Source of the DNA: Candidatus Dormiibacterota bacterium | GTDB taxonomy: Bacteria > Chloroflexota > Dormibacteria > Aeolococcales > Aeolococcaceae | Direction of reading: 5' to 3' | NCBI GenBank assembly: GCA_963850385.1 | Contig: CAWKKS010000002.1 | Coordinates: 124,578-188,577 of the forward strand | DNA length: 64,000 nt | In this document: positions 54,477 to 64,000 of the stretch, one piece after another | Layout of the letters: each line of letters begins with the position of its first letter | Position numbering within the stretch: the first letter of the stretch is position 1 | Made by a program: the position numbers and the translations under genes | The notes under the pieces: model-generated | The model's input: the letters and a program-made list of their open reading frames with translations, nothing else | Told to the model about the DNA's origin: nothing | Databases searched by the model: none

Positions 54477-56096
54477 TCAGCGCGCCGCCTTGCCAACCTC
54501 CACCACGTCGAGCTTGCCGTCGCTGTAGAGCTGACGGAGAACCTTCTTGTCCTGCTTGCCGACGCTGGTCTTGGGGAGCTCGTCGAGGAACGTCCAGCGC
54601 TCCGGCAACCACCACCGGGCGACCTTGTCCGTCAGGAAGGTGCGCAGCTCATCGGGGTCGGCGTTCGCGCCCGGCCTGAGCACCACCGCCGCGAGCGGCC
54701 GCTCCTCCCACTTGGCGTCCGCGACCCCGACGACTGCGGCCTCGGCGACGGCGGGGTGAGCTGCGAGGTGGTTCTCGAGCTCGACCGAGGAGATCCACTC
54801 CCCACCCGATTTGATGACGTCCTTCGAGCGATCGGTGATCTGCAGGTACCCGCGGGAGTCGATGACGCCGACGTCACCGGTGCGCAGCCAGCCGTCGTGG
54901 AAGCGCTCAGGTGCCTCCACGCCGTAATAGGAGCCGGTGATCCAGGGACCGCGGGCTTCGAGCTCGCCGACCGCCCGGCCGTCCCAGGGCAGCTCGGCGC
55001 CGTCCTCGCCAACGATGCGGAGGTCGACCCCCGGTACTGCCCGACCGGTCTTGGCGCGCCAGTCCATCTGCTCATCAACGGGCACGCCGGCGGGGGGAAA
55101 GGCGATGCAGCCCAGCGGGCTCGTCTCGGTCATCCCCCATGCCTGGATGAGCTCGATGTCGAGCTTGTCGCGGAAGGCCTCGATGAGCGCCCGCGGCACC
55201 GCCGAGCCCCCGCAGATGGCGCGCTTGATCGACGAGAGGTCCGCCTTGGTGGCCTGGGCGTACTGGAGCACCCCGTTGAAGATGGTGGGCACACCCCCGG
55301 TGAACGTCGGCCGCTCGGCGGTGATGAAGGCGCAGAGCGCCTCTGGCTGCAAGAACCGATCAGGCAGCAGCAGGGTGCACCCCAGCATCCACGCCACGTA
55401 GGGGATGCCCCAGGCGTTGACGTGGAACATCGGGACCACCATCAGCAGGCGCTCGGCCTCGTCAAGTCGGAACGCGCCCCACACCCCAAAGCAGTGCAAC
55501 CAGATGGCCCGATGGCTGTACACGACGCCCTTGGGGTCACCGGTGGTCCCGGTCGTGTAGCACATCGCCGCCGCCGAGGATTCGTCGATCTCCGGCCAGT
55601 TGTACGTCGCCGATTGGGCCGCGATGACCTCGTCGTAGCCGACGTGCTCGCCGAGCTTGCTGGTGTCGCCGTCGCCGACCACGATGACATGCTCGACGGT
55701 GGGCAGGTGCGCGCGGATGGCCGAGAGCAGGGGGACGAGCGACCCGTCGACGATGATCACCCGGTCAGCGGCGTCGTTGACGATGTGTGCCAGCTGCTGG
55801 GGAGTCAGGCGCAGGTTGAGCGTGTGGAGCACCGCTCCCATGCACGGGACCGCCAGGTATGCCTCGAGGTGCTCCTGGTTGTTCCAGGCCAGGGTGGCAA
55901 CGCGATCGCCCGGCTTCACACCCATCGCGGCCAGCGCGTTGGCCAGCTGGGCGGCGCGCTCGGCAACCTGCGCGTAGCCGGTGTGACGCGCCTCCCCGCC
56001 CCGCCAGGTGATCACCTCGCTGCCGGCGAACAGCCGCGCCCCACGCGCCATCAACGAGGTGACCGTCAGCTGGTACGGCTGCATCGTGCTTCTCAT
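54477..56096 (-). CDS. Long/medium-chain fatty acid--CoA ligase (AlkK/FadD-like)
   Basis: [41 protein letters not shown]; AAGGAG SD. Confidence 0.93.
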   Translation of the reverse strand: MRSTMQPYQLTVTSLMARGARLFAGSEVITWRGGEARHTGYAQVAERAAQLANALAAMGVKPGDRVATLAWNNQEHLEAYLAVPCMGAVLHTLNLRLTPQQLAHIVNDAADRVIIVDGSLVPLLSAIRAHLPTVEHVIVVGDGDTSKLGEHVGYDEVIAAQSATYNWPEIDESSAAAMCYTTGTTGDPKGVVYSHRAIWLHCFGVWGAFRLDEAERLLMVVPMFHVNAWGIPYVAWMLGCTLLLPDRFLQPEALCAFITAERPTFTGGVPTIFNGVLQYAQATKADLSSIKRAICGGSAVPRALIEAFRDKLDIELIQAWGMTETSPLGCIAFPPAGVPVDEQMDWRAKTGRAVPGVDLRIVGEDGAELPWDGRAVGELEARGPWITGSYYGVEAPERFHDGWLRTGDVGVIDSRGYLQITDRSKDVIKSGGEWISSVELENHLAAHPAVAEAAVVGVADAKWEERPLAAVVLRPGANADPDELRTFLTDKVARWWLPERWTFLDELPKTSVGKQDKKVLRQLYSDGKLDVVEVGKAAR

Positions 56097-56203
56097 CTGC
56101 GGCTCCTTGGGGTGGGGCGCCTGCTCACGCAACTCGGCATTCTCGGCGAGCGCGGCGGCACGCGCAATCGCCGGCTCCGCGAGGTGCCTGCTAGGCTGGC
56201 CCG

Positions 56204-56482
56204 GTGGTCACAGCGTTCCTCCTCGTGGTCTGTGAGCCCGCCCACATCCACGAGGTCGCCCGTGGCCTCGCCGACACCGCCGGCGTCGCCGAGGTGTACA
56301 CCACCACCGGCTCCGCTGACTTCGTGGCGGTGGTCAGGGTCCCTGACCTCGACGCGCTGGCGACGCTGGTGACCGAGCAGATCACCACGCTCCCCGGGAT
56401 CACGCGGACCAACACCCACGTGGCGATCCGGTCGTACGGGCGGTCTGACGAGGCGGCCGCGTTCGACATCGGCGTCGACTGA
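56204..56482 (+). CDS. Stand-alone Lrp/AsnC ligand-binding domain protein
   Basis: EVYTTTGSADFV, ITRTNT; no HTH; leaderless TAGGCT. Confidence 0.85.
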   Translation: MVTAFLLVVCEPAHIHEVARGLADTAGVAEVYTTTGSADFVAVVRVPDLDALATLVTEQITTLPGITRTNTHVAIRSYGRSDEAAAFDIGVD

Positions 56483-56546
56483 GCCGGGCGTGCATGGCGC
56501 GGCGCTGTCCACGGATGGTCCGGGTGGGCCTGCTACGGTGGCCGTG

Positions 56547-56594
56547 ATGACACCGCTCGCGGGACGCCGGCCTGCGGACGCGGGCCCAGGGTGA
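56547..56594 (+). CDS. Putative 15-aa upstream ORF whose stop overlaps the recQ start
   Basis: TACGGT -10 (56534-56539), ATG 7 nt later, TGA overlaps the recQ GTG. Confidence 0.3.
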   Translation: MTPLAGRRPADAGPG

Positions 56595-58621
56595 CGGCGT
56601 CCACCGCCCCGAGCGAGGCGGCCTCCGCCGTTCTCGCGCAGGTCTTCGGCTTCGACAGCTTCAGGCCGGGGCAGGGCGAGATCGTGGCGGCCGCCGAGGC
56701 GGGCCGCGACCTTCTCCTGGTGGCGCCGACCGGCTCGGGCAAGAGCATCGGCTACTGGGTCCCGGGCATCGTGGCCGGCGGTCTCACGCTGGTCGTCTCG
56801 CCGCTGATCGCTCTGATGAACGACCAGGTGGCACGGCTGCGCTCGCTGGGTATCGCCGCTGCTGCGCTGCACTCGCAGGTCGACAGGCGCGACCAGGAGG
56901 AGGCGCTCGCCTCGGCGCGCGCGGGCGACCTCCGCTTCCTCTACGTCACCCCCGAACGCTTCGCCGTGCCCAGCTTCACGGCTGCCCTCGCCGGGCTGCG
57001 GGTCACCCGCCTGGCGATCGACGAGGCGCACTGCATCTCCAGCTGGGGTCACGATTTCCGCCCCGACTACCGCAGGCTGCGCGACGCGGCCGAGATGTGT
57101 GGACGCCCACCCGTCGGCGCTTTCACGGCCACCGCGACGCCGCGCGTCCGCGACGACATCGTCAGCTCGCTGGGCATGGCCGAGCCGGAGGTGCGGGTCA
57201 CCGGGTTCGTGCGCCCCGAGCTGCGCCTGCGCGTGCAACGGTGCCGGGGTCAGCAGCAGAAGAGGGCGGCGCTGCTGGCGGCCCTCAACGCGCTCCCCGG
57301 CCGGGCGATCGTGTACTGCGGCCGCGTCCGCGCCACCGAGGAGATCGCCGCGCTGCTCTGTGACAGCGGGCTGCGCGCCGTGCCCTACCACGGCGACCTC
57401 GACGCGGTCGCGCGGGCGCGCGCCCACTCCGGCTTCATCGACGGCACTGTCGAGGTGGTGGTGGCCACCTCCGCGTTCGGCATGGGGATCGACCTCCCCG
57501 ACATCCGCAACGTCGTTCACCTGGATTTCCCGGGCAGCATCGAGCAGTACTACCAGGAGGCCGGCCGCGCCGGCCGCGACGGCCAGCGCGCCGACTGCAC
57601 GATGCTGTACAGCCCGGCCGACCGCGACCTCCAGTCCTTCTTCATCGAACAGGCCTATCCCTCGCGGGAGGCGGTGCGCGACGTCTACCGCGCGGTGCTG
57701 CATGCCGGCCACTGGGACCTCGACGACTGGGAGCAGCGCCTGCCGGGTCGCGAGCGGCACGTCGTGCGCGCCTCCCTCGACCTGCTGCGCCGTGCCGGCG
57801 CGCTGCTCGACGGGGGCGACGTCGCCCGCCTGCGGGAGGCGCCGACGGACTTCGAGGCGCAGGCCGTGCTGCGTGAGCACGCCTATGCGCGGCTCCACCA
57901 GGTGATGGACTACGCGCGCAGCACCGGGTGCCGGCATGCCCGCATCGCCGACTACTTCGGCGAGGAGGGCGCCCCGCGTACGTGCCACTCCTGCGACAAC
58001 TGCCTGCAGCCGCCCCGCACCCGCACCGCGGTCCCGGCTGCCGACGTGGCCACCGCCCTCGCCTGCGTCGCCCGCTTCGACGGTCACCTGGGGGCATCGC
58101 GCCTCGCCGCACTGCTGCGCGGCGCCGACGATGCATGGACGCAACAGCGCGCCTGGGTGCGGGATGCGGCATTCTTCGGCGCGCTGCGTGCGTGGAGCTC
58201 CGACGCCGTGCGCGAGCTCCTCGGCGCGCTCATCGAGGAGGGCTGCGTGCGGCGCAGCAGTGGCGAGCGCCCTGTTCTGGCGCTCACCCCGCTGGGCCGC
58301 GAGGTTCTCGATGGCAACAGCGACGTCGACATCGACGTGGAGGCGGTGGCGGTGATGCCACCCGCCGCCGCGGGCGGCGATGAGCAACTCGACGATGCCG
58401 CCCGCGCGCGCTTCGAGCGGCTGCGCGGCTGGCGCCGCACCACCGCCCGGGCGGCGGAGGTGCCCCCGTTCGTGGTCTTCGGCGACCGCACCCTGCGCGA
58501 GCTGGCCCGCCGCAACCCCGGGACGGCGCGCGAGCTTGTCGACGTCCCCGGCATCGGGCCCGCGAAGCTCGAGCGCTACGGCGACGACGTGCTGCTCGTG
58601 CTGGCGGCTGAGCCGGCGTGA
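56591..58621 (+). CDS. recQ: RecQ family helicase with RQC and HRDC domains
   Basis: FRPGQ, PTGSGKS, DEAHCISSWGHDFRP, YYQEAGRAGRDG, VPPFVVFGD..GIGPAK. Confidence 0.95.
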   Translation: MTASTAPSEAASAVLAQVFGFDSFRPGQGEIVAAAEAGRDLLLVAPTGSGKSIGYWVPGIVAGGLTLVVSPLIALMNDQVARLRSLGIAAAALHSQVDRRDQEEALASARAGDLRFLYVTPERFAVPSFTAALAGLRVTRLAIDEAHCISSWGHDFRPDYRRLRDAAEMCGRPPVGAFTATATPRVRDDIVSSLGMAEPEVRVTGFVRPELRLRVQRCRGQQQKRAALLAALNALPGRAIVYCGRVRATEEIAALLCDSGLRAVPYHGDLDAVARARAHSGFIDGTVEVVVATSAFGMGIDLPDIRNVVHLDFPGSIEQYYQEAGRAGRDGQRADCTMLYSPADRDLQSFFIEQAYPSREAVRDVYRAVLHAGHWDLDDWEQRLPGRERHVVRASLDLLRRAGALLDGGDVARLREAPTDFEAQAVLREHAYARLHQVMDYARSTGCRHARIADYFGEEGAPRTCHSCDNCLQPPRTRTAVPAADVATALACVARFDGHLGASRLAALLRGADDAWTQQRAWVRDAAFFGALRAWSSDAVRELLGALIEEGCVRRSSGERPVLALTPLGREVLDGNSDVDIDVEAVAVMPPAAAGGDEQLDDAARARFERLRGWRRTTARAAEVPPFVVFGDRTLRELARRNPGTARELVDVPGIGPAKLERYGDDVLLVLAAEPA

Positions 58622-60075
58622 TCCAACACCCCTCGGCCAGCTTCGCCTTCACTGCCAGGTGCCGCATCGTCAACCGTCCGGGCATGCTCGGCCAGCTCAC
58701 CTCGGCGATCGGCGGCCTCGGTGGCGACATCCGCGGCATCGACATCGTGCGCGTCGACCGCGGCGCCATCGTGCGCGACGTCACCGTCCTGGCCGCCGAC
58801 GAAGGCCACGCGCAGCAGCTCGTGGAGACCATGAAGGCACTCGCGGGCATCGAGGTCCTCGAATACTCGGACCGCACCTTCCTCGCCCACCTCGGCGGCA
58901 AGATCGAGGTGGTGCCGCGCACGCCGATCCGCACCCGCGAAGACCTCTCGATGGTGTACACGCCGGGCGTTGCGCGCATCAGCATGGCCATCGCCGCCGA
59001 CCACGAGCGGGCTCGCAACCTCACCATCAAACGCAACTGCGTCGCCATCGTCACCGACGGCAGCGCGGTCCTGGGTCTCGGCAACGTCGGACCTGAGGCG
59101 GCCATCCCGGTGATGGAGGGGAAGGCGATGCTCTTCAAGGAGTTCGGCGGTGTCGACGCCTTCCCCCTGTGCCTGGCGACCCAGGACGTCGACGCGATCG
59201 TCGAGACGGTCATCAACATCGCGCCCGTCTTCGGTGGCATCAACCTCGAGGACATCGCCGGGCCACGGTGCTTCGAGGTGGAGGAGCGACTGTCGGGGCT
59301 GCTTGACATACCCGTCTTCCACGACGACCAGCACGGCACCGCGGTGGTGGTGCTCGCGGCACTGCTCAACGCGCTCGAGGTGGTCAGCAAGCGCATCGAG
59401 GAGGTCCGTGTCGTGTGCCTCGGTGTCGGCGCCGCCGGGACGGCGGTGAGCCGGCTGCTGCTGGCCGCCGGCGTCCGTGACATCGTCGGCGTCGACCGCG
59501 CCGGCATCATCCACGAGGACACCGCCGAGCTCAGCGACGCACATCGCTGGTACGCCGGTCACACCAACCCGCGCCGCATCGCCGGTGCGCTCGCCGATGC
59601 GCTGGCGGGCGCCGACGTCTTCATCGGGACCAGCGGCGCCGGCCTCCTCGACCCCGCGCTGGTGCGCACCATGGCCGACCTCCCCATCGTGTTCGCACTG
59701 GCCAACCCGCAGCCCGAGGTGCAGCCCGAGGCCATCGAGGCGGTCGCCGCAGTGACGGCCACCGGTCGCAGCGACTACCCCAACCAGATCAACAACGTGC
59801 TCTGCTTCCCGGGCTTCTTCCGCGGCCTGCTCGACAGCGGCGCGCGCCAGATCACCGACGGCATGAAGCTGGCGGCCGCGCGGGCCATCGCCGCCACCGT
59901 CGGCGAGGACCTCCATCCCGAGTACATCGTCCCCTCGGTGTTCAACCGGGCGGTGGCCCCGGCGGTCGCCGCTGCGGTCGCGGCCGAGGCGTCCCGCAGC
60001 GGGCTCTCTCGCGCGCTCGCCGAGCTGGTCGATCCTCTGCACTCCGGCAAACCGGCAGGCCGCCCGAGCAGCTGA
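58618..60075 (+). CDS. NAD-dependent malic enzyme with N-terminal ACT domain
   Basis: VYTPGV, MEGKAMLFK, INLEDI, DDQHGTA, GVGAAG, ALANP, NQINNVL. Confidence 0.93.
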   Translation: MIQHPSASFAFTARCRIVNRPGMLGQLTSAIGGLGGDIRGIDIVRVDRGAIVRDVTVLAADEGHAQQLVETMKALAGIEVLEYSDRTFLAHLGGKIEVVPRTPIRTREDLSMVYTPGVARISMAIAADHERARNLTIKRNCVAIVTDGSAVLGLGNVGPEAAIPVMEGKAMLFKEFGGVDAFPLCLATQDVDAIVETVINIAPVFGGINLEDIAGPRCFEVEERLSGLLDIPVFHDDQHGTAVVVLAALLNALEVVSKRIEEVRVVCLGVGAAGTAVSRLLLAAGVRDIVGVDRAGIIHEDTAELSDAHRWYAGHTNPRRIAGALADALAGADVFIGTSGAGLLDPALVRTMADLPIVFALANPQPEVQPEAIEAVAAVTATGRSDYPNQINNVLCFPGFFRGLLDSGARQITDGMKLAAARAIAATVGEDLHPEYIVPSVFNRAVAPAVAAAVAAEASRSGLSRALAELVDPLHSGKPAGRPSS

Positions 60076-60126
60076 CCGCCGCGGCGCCGAGGCCGTCTCG
60101 CCGGCGCCGTCCGCTAGGCTCGATCA

Positions 60127-61192
60127 GTGACCACGGCACCGACAGCAGCCGCCAGCATGACCGGAGCGACCCGATTCCTGGCCGCCGCCCACCGCCTGCC
60201 GGTCGATCGCACCCCTGTCTGGTTCATGCGCCAGGCCGGCCGCTGCCTGGCGGCCTACCGGGAGTTGCGCGAGACGTACGACATCCTGACCATCACCCGC
60301 ACCCCCGAGCTGTGCGCCAGGGTGACGCTGATGCCGGTGAACGAGTTCGGCGTCGACGCCGCGGTGCTCTACGCCGACATCATGCTGCCGCTGTTCGGCA
60401 TGGGGGTACCGTTCAGCATCGACCCCGGCCTCGGGCCGGTCATCCATGAGCCGGTCCGTGACGCCGCCGCGGTGCACGCTCTGCGCGTCGTCGACGCCGA
60501 GTTGGCCACGCCCGACCTCTTCGACGCCATCCGGATGATCCGCCGGGAGCTCGACGGACGCACCGCGGTGCTGGGTTTCGCGGGCGCGCCGTTCACGGTG
60601 GCGTCGTACCTCATCGAGGGCCGGCCGACCAAGGACTTCGCGCGCAGCAAGGCGCTCATGCACGGACAGCCGGTGCTCTGGCACGAGCTGATGGAGACGC
60701 TCACCGAGGTGACCATCCGGTATCTGCGGGCCCAGGTGGACGCCGGCGTGCAGGCGCTGCAGCTCTTCGACTTCGTGGATCGGCGTGCTCAGCGTTGCCC
60801 AGTACCGCGAGCACGTCCTCCCCTACGTGACCCGGATCTTCGGCGCGATGAACGGCACCGTGCCGACGATCCACTTCGGGACCGGCGCCGCCCACCTGCT
60901 CGAGGCCATGGCGGGCGCGGGGTCGGACGCCATGTCCGTCGACTGGCGGCTGCCCCTGGACACCGCCTGGGGTCGCATCGGCGACCTCGCCATCCAGGGC
61001 AACCTCGATCCCACGGTCTGCCTGGCGCCGTGGGACACCGTCGAGCGCGAGACCGAGCGGGTCCTCGCCGAGGCCGCGGGCCGGGCAGGGCACATCTTCA
61101 ACCTCGGCCACGGCGTCCTCGCCGACACCCCGTCGGACACGCTGCGCCGCATCGTCGACCTCGTGCACGAGCGCAGCGCGGTGCCCGCGTGA
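60127..61192 (+). CDS. hemE: Uroporphyrinogen decarboxylase, +1 frameshift at about 60772
   Basis: WFMRQAGR, YADIM, GFAGAPFTVASY; FDSW restored by deleting one T; QGNLDP and FNLGHG in the next frame. Confidence 0.93.
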
Positions 61193-62130
61193 GCGGGCGC
61201 TCGCGCGTCGGTGTCCTGCTCATGACGTTCGGTTCGGCCGTGACCTCGGCGGAGGTTCCCGCATACCTGCGCAGCGTCCGCGGCGGCCGTGAGCCGTCGA
61301 GCGAGCTGATCTCCGAGTTCGCGCGGCGGTTCGACGTCATCGGCCGGTCGCCACTCATCGACATCACGCTCGAGCAGGCGGCCGCGCTCGAACGCCGTCT
61401 CACCGAGCACGACGGAGTGGACAGCGCGGTGGTCGCCGCCGGCATGCTCCACTCCGAGCCGAGCATCGCCACCTCGCTGCGCGGCCTGATCGAGCGTGGC
61501 GCAATGCGCGTGGTGGCGATCGTGCTGGCCCCCCAGTACTCCCCGCTGATCCTCACCGGCTACGCTCGCGCGCTCGACGCGGCGGTGGCAGAGGTGGCGC
61601 CGTTGACCCCCGTGCGACTGGCCGGCGCATGGCACACCATGCCATCCTGGATCGCCTCGCTCGCCGAGCGCGTGCATGCTGCGCTGGACGGCTTCGACCC
61701 CGGCGCACGCGTGGCGGTGGTGTTCACGGCGCACAGCCTGCCGCGACCGGTCGTCGAGCGCGACCCCGACTACATGGTCCAGGTGCACGAGACCATCGCT
61801 GCCGTGGTCGCGAGCGCGGGCCTCGCCGCCGACCGCTGGCAGTTCGCGTTCCAGAGCGCAGGTCACACGCCTGAGGAGTGGTTGACACCGGACCTCGTCG
61901 ACGTGCTCCCCGGGATCCAGCGGTCAGGGGCGACCGACGTTCTCGTGGTGCCGGTGCAGTTCCTCACCGACCACCTCGAGATCCTCTACGACATCGACGT
62001 GGCCGCGGCCGAGCAGGCGCGCTCAGCCGGCCTGCGCTTTCACCGCATCGCCATGCCGAACGCTGGTTCGCGCCTCATCGACGCGCTGGCAGAGGTGGTC
62101 CACCGCGAGCTTGTCACGGTCCAGGCCTGA
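61189..62130 (+). CDS. hemH: Ferrochelatase (HemH/CpfC)
   Basis: LMTFGS, LAPQYS, FTAHSLP, FQSAG, FLTDHLEILYDID. Confidence 0.94.
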   Translation: MSGRSRVGVLLMTFGSAVTSAEVPAYLRSVRGGREPSSELISEFARRFDVIGRSPLIDITLEQAAALERRLTEHDGVDSAVVAAGMLHSEPSIATSLRGLIERGAMRVVAIVLAPQYSPLILTGYARALDAAVAEVAPLTPVRLAGAWHTMPSWIASLAERVHAALDGFDPGARVAVVFTAHSLPRPVVERDPDYMVQVHETIAAVVASAGLAADRWQFAFQSAGHTPEEWLTPDLVDVLPGIQRSGATDVLVVPVQFLTDHLEILYDIDVAAAEQARSAGLRFHRIAMPNAGSRLIDALAEVVHRELVTVQA

Positions 62131-62142
62131 GAGCTCGCCGGG

Positions 62143-62391
62143 CTACAGCTCGGCGTGCGGTGAGTCTGCGGCGAGCTCGTCGATGATCCCGTTGATGGCG
62201 TCGAGCCGCTCGGCGACAGTGCGGAGCACCGCAAGCGCCTCGGGCGGCAGTGCGCCGAACGACCCGTCCTCGAGCATCGAGACGTAACCCACCGCAACCA
62301 CCAGGGGCTGGCGGAGCTCATGACACACATGGCGCAGGTACGCCGACCCGGCCACCGCCGCGTCGGGTCGCTCCGGTAGGGGCTCGGCCAT
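62143..62391 (-). CDS. Stand-alone HisKA (DHp) domain protein, 82 aa
   Basis: CHELRQPL H-box, GYVSMLEDGSFG, IIDEL; no ATPase domain. Confidence 0.75.
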   Translation of the reverse strand: MAEPLPERPDAAVAGSAYLRHVCHELRQPLVVAVGYVSMLEDGSFGALPPEALAVLRTVAERLDAINGIIDELAADSPHAEL

Positions 62392-62490
62392 CGCCCGCGG
62401 AATGATAATCCGCCGGGCATGGGCCGCTCGACGTGGCGCGCCTGCGCAAGGTCGTCCGGGGCGGCGCGAACGCGTCGATATACTCGGCGC

Positions 62491-64000
62491 GTGCATCGGT
62501 GGGGACGCTTCGTGTACGCCCACCGCCGCCTCGTGCTGGCGCTCTCGGTGCTGCTCTTCGGCCTCTCGGTCGTGGCCATCGCCACCGGCGGCGAGCCACA
62601 GAACGCCAACAGCTTCGACTTCGAATCCGGGCGCGGCTTCGCCCAGATGTCGAGCGAGCTGCCCAAGAACGGGGTCAGCTTTACGGCGATCCTCAGTGAC
62701 CCCAGGCTGTCAGCGGATGAACCGCGCTTCCAGGGCGAGGTCAGCCAGGCGCTGGCGCCGCTGGCAGCGGATCCCCGGGTCGGAGCGATCCGCACGCCGT
62801 TCACCGTGCCCGCCGCCACGGCTGTGCAGCTGGTGTCGCGCGACCGGCACCGCGTCCTTGCCGCCGTGGCCCTGACCATCGACTTCACCGCCGCCCGCAA
62901 GCAGTTCGGCGAGCTGCGCGCAGAGCTCACGCCGCCGGCGGGGATGAGCGTGACGGTCACAGGCGACGTGGCGCTGGCCTACACGTTCGACAGCCTGCTC
63001 GCCGCCGACGTCGAGAAGGCGGAGATCGGTTCCTCGATCGTGGCACTGGCGCTCCTGTTGATCGTCTTCGGCACCGGCATCGCCGCACTCGTCTGCCTGG
63101 CGATCGGGCTTCTCTCGGTCACCGGAGGGGTTGGCGCCGCACTGCTGCTCGCGCACGCGACCGACGTGTCGACGTACGCCGTCAACATTGTCACGCTGAT
63201 CGGGCTCGGGATCGCCATCGACTACTCGCTGTTCATCGTCAGCCGGTTCCGCGAGGAGCTGGCCAACGGTCGCGACGTCGAGAGTGCGGTCGCGGTGGCC
63301 ACCGCGACCGCCGGCCGGGCCATCGCCTTCAGCGGCCTGACCGTGGCCATCGGCCTGGCCGCGATGCTGTTCTACCGCGGCACCTTCCTGGTGTCGATGG
63401 GCATCTGTGGGGCGATGGTGGTCGGCTTCTCGGTGGTGCTCGGGCTGACCTTCCTGCCGGCGCTGCTTGCGGTCCTCGGGCCGCGGGTGAACCGCCTCGC
63501 CGTGCCGGTGTTGCGTCCCCGCCCGTTTGGGGAGGGGGTATGGCACAGGATCGCGATGGCGGTGATGCGCCGCCCCTTGATGCTGCTGCTCCCGACCGTG
63601 GCCATCCTCCTCGCCGCCGGCACCCCGTTCCTGCACCTGCACCTGGCCAGCACGGACATCACCCAGCTGCCCCCGGATGCCGAGGCGCGCCAGGCAGCGG
63701 GCGTGCTGGCCGCGGACTTTCCCGGCCAGGGCACCAACGTTGTGCAGGTCGTCCTGCAGTTCGAGCAGGGCTCGCCGCTGGCGCCGGGCAACGTGGCCAT
63801 CGCCGATGGGCTCAGCCGCCGCCTCGCTGCCACCGCCGGCGTCGCCGCGGTGCACAGCTACGTCAACCTCGACCCACAACTCAGCCTGCCCGCCTACCAG
63901 CGCATGTACACGCAACCGGTGAGCTCCCTGCCTGCGGTCACACGTGACCAGCTGGCGCGCACGGTGGGGCGCGATATCGCAGTGCTCGACGTGGTCACGC
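62491..64000 (+). CDS. MMPL/RND family transporter, 3' end outside the window (absent from the ORF track because it has no stop)
   Basis: Leaderless TATACT + GTG; GLGIAIDYSLF..RFREEL, TAGRAIAFSG, LTFLPALL. Confidence 0.92.
   Translation, partial: MHRWGRFVYAHRRLVLALSVLLFGLSVVAIATGGEPQNANSFDFESGRGFAQMSSELPKNGVSFTAILSDPRLSADEPRFQGEVSQALAPLAADPRVGAIRTPFTVPAATAVQLVSRDRHRVLAAVALTIDFTAARKQFGELRAELTPPAGMSVTVTGDVALAYTFDSLLAADVEKAEIGSSIVALALLLIVFGTGIAALVCLAIGLLSVTGGVGAALLLAHATDVSTYAVNIVTLIGLGIAIDYSLFIVSRFREELANGRDVESAVAVATATAGRAIAFSGLTVAIGLAAMLFYRGTFLVSMGICGAMVVGFSVVLGLTFLPALLAVLGPRVNRLAVPVLRPRPFGEGVWHRIAMAVMRRPLMLLLPTVAILLAAGTPFLHLHLASTDITQLPPDAEARQAAGVLAADFPGQGTNVVQVVLQFEQGSPLAPGNVAIADGLSRRLAATAGVAAVHSYVNLDPQLSLPAYQRMYTQPVSSLPAVTRDQLARTVGRDIAVLDVVT

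Noticed and set aside
60127-62130. 667-aa HemE-HemH fusion ORF
   Set aside because: Artefact of the +1 frameshift; the HemE C-terminal half is in another frame and hemH has its own GTGA-coupled start

Overview
64 kb of core-chromosome DNA from a very GC-rich bacterium. No outer-membrane genes are seen, and the gene mix (dcw cluster with nrdR behind ftsZ, GT87, MMPL, lhr-nei) suggests Ca. Dormibacterota or a Chloroflexota relative; this is an inference. Left half: two long minus-strand blocks, ftsA-ftsZ-nrdR-yggS-lspA-rluA-gmk-coaC-coaB-priA-def-fmt-smpB and mraZ-rsmH-ftsL-ftsI-mraY-murD-ftsW-murG-murC-murB-ddl-hydrolase-murF-ftsQ (no murE), separated by a divergent metF/Zn-dehydrogenase pair. 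Middle: rnpB, trpD-trmK-Zn-ribbon-rnhA, lon, a PLD-family gene, an HtrA-like protease, nrtR and several hypotheticals. Right: lhr-nei with a small upstream ORF and a divergent DUF1345-WYL pair, msrB, tRNA-Gly(CCC), an acyl-CoA ligase, recQ, malic enzyme, hemE-hemH, a stand-alone HisKA protein and an MMPL gene that runs off the end. No CRISPR array, IS element, integrase or prophage was seen. Best leads: (1) two NrdR-box-like sites 32 bp apart over the ftsAZ-nrdR promoter; (2) a possible LexA-independent DNA-damage module (WYL regulator, 13-4-13 palindrome, PafBC-like promoter geometry, clamp-motif microprotein, lhr-nei); (3) a stand-alone HisKA protein; (4) a ddl-hydrolase-membrane MurF module and an Mpl/MurC-hybrid ligase; (5) widespread leaderless genes; (6) frameshifts in priA and hemE plus a Lon substitution that all map to GANTCG contexts, probably systematic sequencing errors. 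All calls come from reading the sequence and recalled family motifs; no database searches were run.
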